Source: a bacterium
GTDB lineage: Bacteria > Hydrothermota > Tepidihabitantia > Tepidihabitantales > Tepidihabitantaceae
Direction: 5' to 3'
Length of the DNA: 34,007 nucleotides
Assembly (NCBI GenBank): GCA_046485245.1
Contig: JAWOHG010000249.1
Span: 1-34,007, forward strand
Shown here: positions 32,816-34,007 of the stretch, in pieces
Position numbering within the stretch: the first letter of the stretch is position 1
How the letters are laid out: each line of letters opens with the position of its first letter
Notes under the pieces: model-generated
Seen by the model: only the letters and a program-made list of their open reading frames with translations
Told to the model about the DNA's origin: nothing
Database searches by the model: none
Position numbers and translations under genes: made by a program

Positions 32816-33125
32816 AGCGGCGGGGCAACCCGCCGCTTCGCTTCGGTGCCGTGCAGAGAGCAAAGTGCAAGATGCGGAGGGCTGCGCGGCGGCGTCACCC
32901 TCACCCCGACCCCTTCGACAAGCTCAGGGCAGGCTCTCTCCCGGCAAGGGAGAGGGAGGATGCGCCGGAGGCGGCTCTGACTTCCTCTCCACTCGCGGGA
33001 GAGGACTGAGGTGAGGGGGTCGGCCTCGGGTGCCTGAGGTCGCTGTGTCGGTCTGAGGCAATCGGCAATGCATCGTTGCCGGACGCTGTGAGCCGCAAGC
33101 GGCGGGGCAACCCGCCGCTTCGCTT
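32816..33125. repeat. Composite REP cluster: exact 28-nt hairpin repeat flanking an inverted pair of CCCTCACCC-type elements
   Basis: agcggcggg-gcaa-cccgccgcttcgctt at 32816-32843 and 33098-33125. REP-like copies at 32898-32956 (with insert ccttcgacaagctcagggcaggct) and 32984-33019 (inverted). Confidence 0.85.
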
Positions 33126-33140
33126 GTCTGTCCGGTCATC

Positions 33141-33170
33141 TTGACACCCCGACTCCCTGCGGGGCATTAT
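33141..33170 (+). promoter_or_regulatory. Possible promoter for the last gene (leaderless?)
   Basis: TTGACA-N18-CATTAT, ending 5 nt before GTG 33176. Confidence 0.4.
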
Positions 33171-33175
33171 GGGTA

Positions 33176-34007
33176 GTGCATCGCTTCAACGCGGATGGCC
33201 GGCACCGGGTCGCTGGTCCTGTCCTGGCCACGTTCCTTCTTCTGCTGACCGCAATAGTCCCTCACGCCGCCTACGCTCTGCCGACATTCGAGCGCACCTT
33301 CAACTTCAGCGGGAACGACTACGGCAGTCGGGTCGTGGCCCTGGACGACGGCGGATGCGTCGTGGCTGCTGCCGTGACGCTCGCGGCCGGTCCGTACGGC
33401 ATGGCGCTGATGAGATTGGACACGCTGGGCGACACGCTCTGGATGACTCACTTCGCTGAAGAGCAAGGAGGTGTAGCCTGCCAGGCACGGGATGGAGGCT
33501 TCGTTACCGCGGCCTCGGTTCACCGCTCAGGTAGCTGGACCGACATCATCTTGCACAAGTTGAATGGCGGCGGCGATTCGCTCTGGAGCACGACCTTCGG
33601 TACCGCTGGATTCGACGAGCCGTATGACATCTCCGCGACTGCGGATGGCGGGGTCATCGTATCCGCGTGGTATTGCGACTCGCCGGGCGGTAACGGCGGT
33701 ATCATCAAGTTCGACTCGGCTGGCGCGCTTCAGTGGTCGCGTTACCTGAGTGATAGCTTGGAAGTGGAACCGTATTCCATCAGCCAGTTGCGCGACGGCG
33801 GATACGTCGTGGGCGGACGTGCCGCCGACAGACCAGCAGCGTCCCTGTTCTATCTGGCGAGGTTGGACAGCAGCGGCACTACCGCGTGGAGCCTGCGTGG
33901 CGACACGTCGTATCGAATGGCCGTCTGCGCCGATGTTTTGGAAGCGCGGAGCGGGGGCTATGCGGCGTGTGGGATTGGCCTTGACAGGAACGCGGACCGC
34001 TATCGGG
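33176..34007 (+). CDS. Secreted beta-propeller-type repeat protein (3'-truncated; not in the ORF track)
   Basis: Hand translation is open to the window end: MHRFNADGRHRVAGPVLATFLLLTAIVPHAAYA-LPTFERTFNFSGNDYG. Repeats LDDGGCVV/RLDTLGDTLW, DGGFV/KLNGGGDSLWSTTFG, DGGVIV/KFDSAGALQW, DGGYVVGG/RLDSSGTTAW. Confidence 0.8.
   Translation, partial: MHRFNADGRHRVAGPVLATFLLLLTAIVPHAAYALPTFERTFNFSGNDYGSRVVALDDGGCVVAAAVTLAAGPYGMALMRLDTLGDTLWMTHFAEEQGGVACQARDGGFVTAASVHRSGSWTDIILHKLNGGGDSLWSTTFGTAGFDEPYDISATADGGVIVSAWYCDSPGGNGGIIKFDSAGALQWSRYLSDSLEVEPYSISQLRDGGYVVGGRAADRPAASLFYLARLDSSGTTAWSLRGDTSYRMAVCADVLEARSGGYAACGIGLDRNADRYR

Overview
GC-rich bacterial chromosomal window with about 23 credible genes and no rRNA, tRNA, CRISPR array or transposase that I can support. 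The protein styles (T9SS-type C-terminal sorting tails, CARDB/Kelch surface protein, PorX, PorV/FadL-like barrels) suggest an FCB-related diderm, most like candidate phylum WOR-3 (inference). Left to right: a truncated YVTN beta-propeller; a minus-strand redox cluster (EtfA without EtfB, two Fe-S proteins, soluble Frd/Sdh-type flavoprotein, degenerate acyl-CoA dehydrogenase); a 1021-aa surface protein; a tightly coupled operon of PorV-like barrel, ComEA-HhH+barrel fusion, FadL-like barrel, secreted 5'-nucleotidase, RecJ-like DHH nuclease and RlmI-like methyltransferase (candidate extracellular-DNA capture and scavenging system); a translationally coupled four-gene Fn3/DUF6754-type membrane module plus TolB, divergent from a sensor kinase-PorX pair; a VOC gene and a WG-repeat lipoprotein bracketed by ~60-bp direct repeats; a ~2-kb mostly non-coding region with two inverted degenerate 12-nt arrays and two promoter-hairpin-terminator cassettes (candidate sRNAs); rmuC with a structured leader; and a truncated secreted protein. 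Intergenic DNA is full of diverse heptamer tandem repeats and REP-like hairpins, some nested or inside a coding sequence. All calls come from reading motifs by eye; no searches were run.
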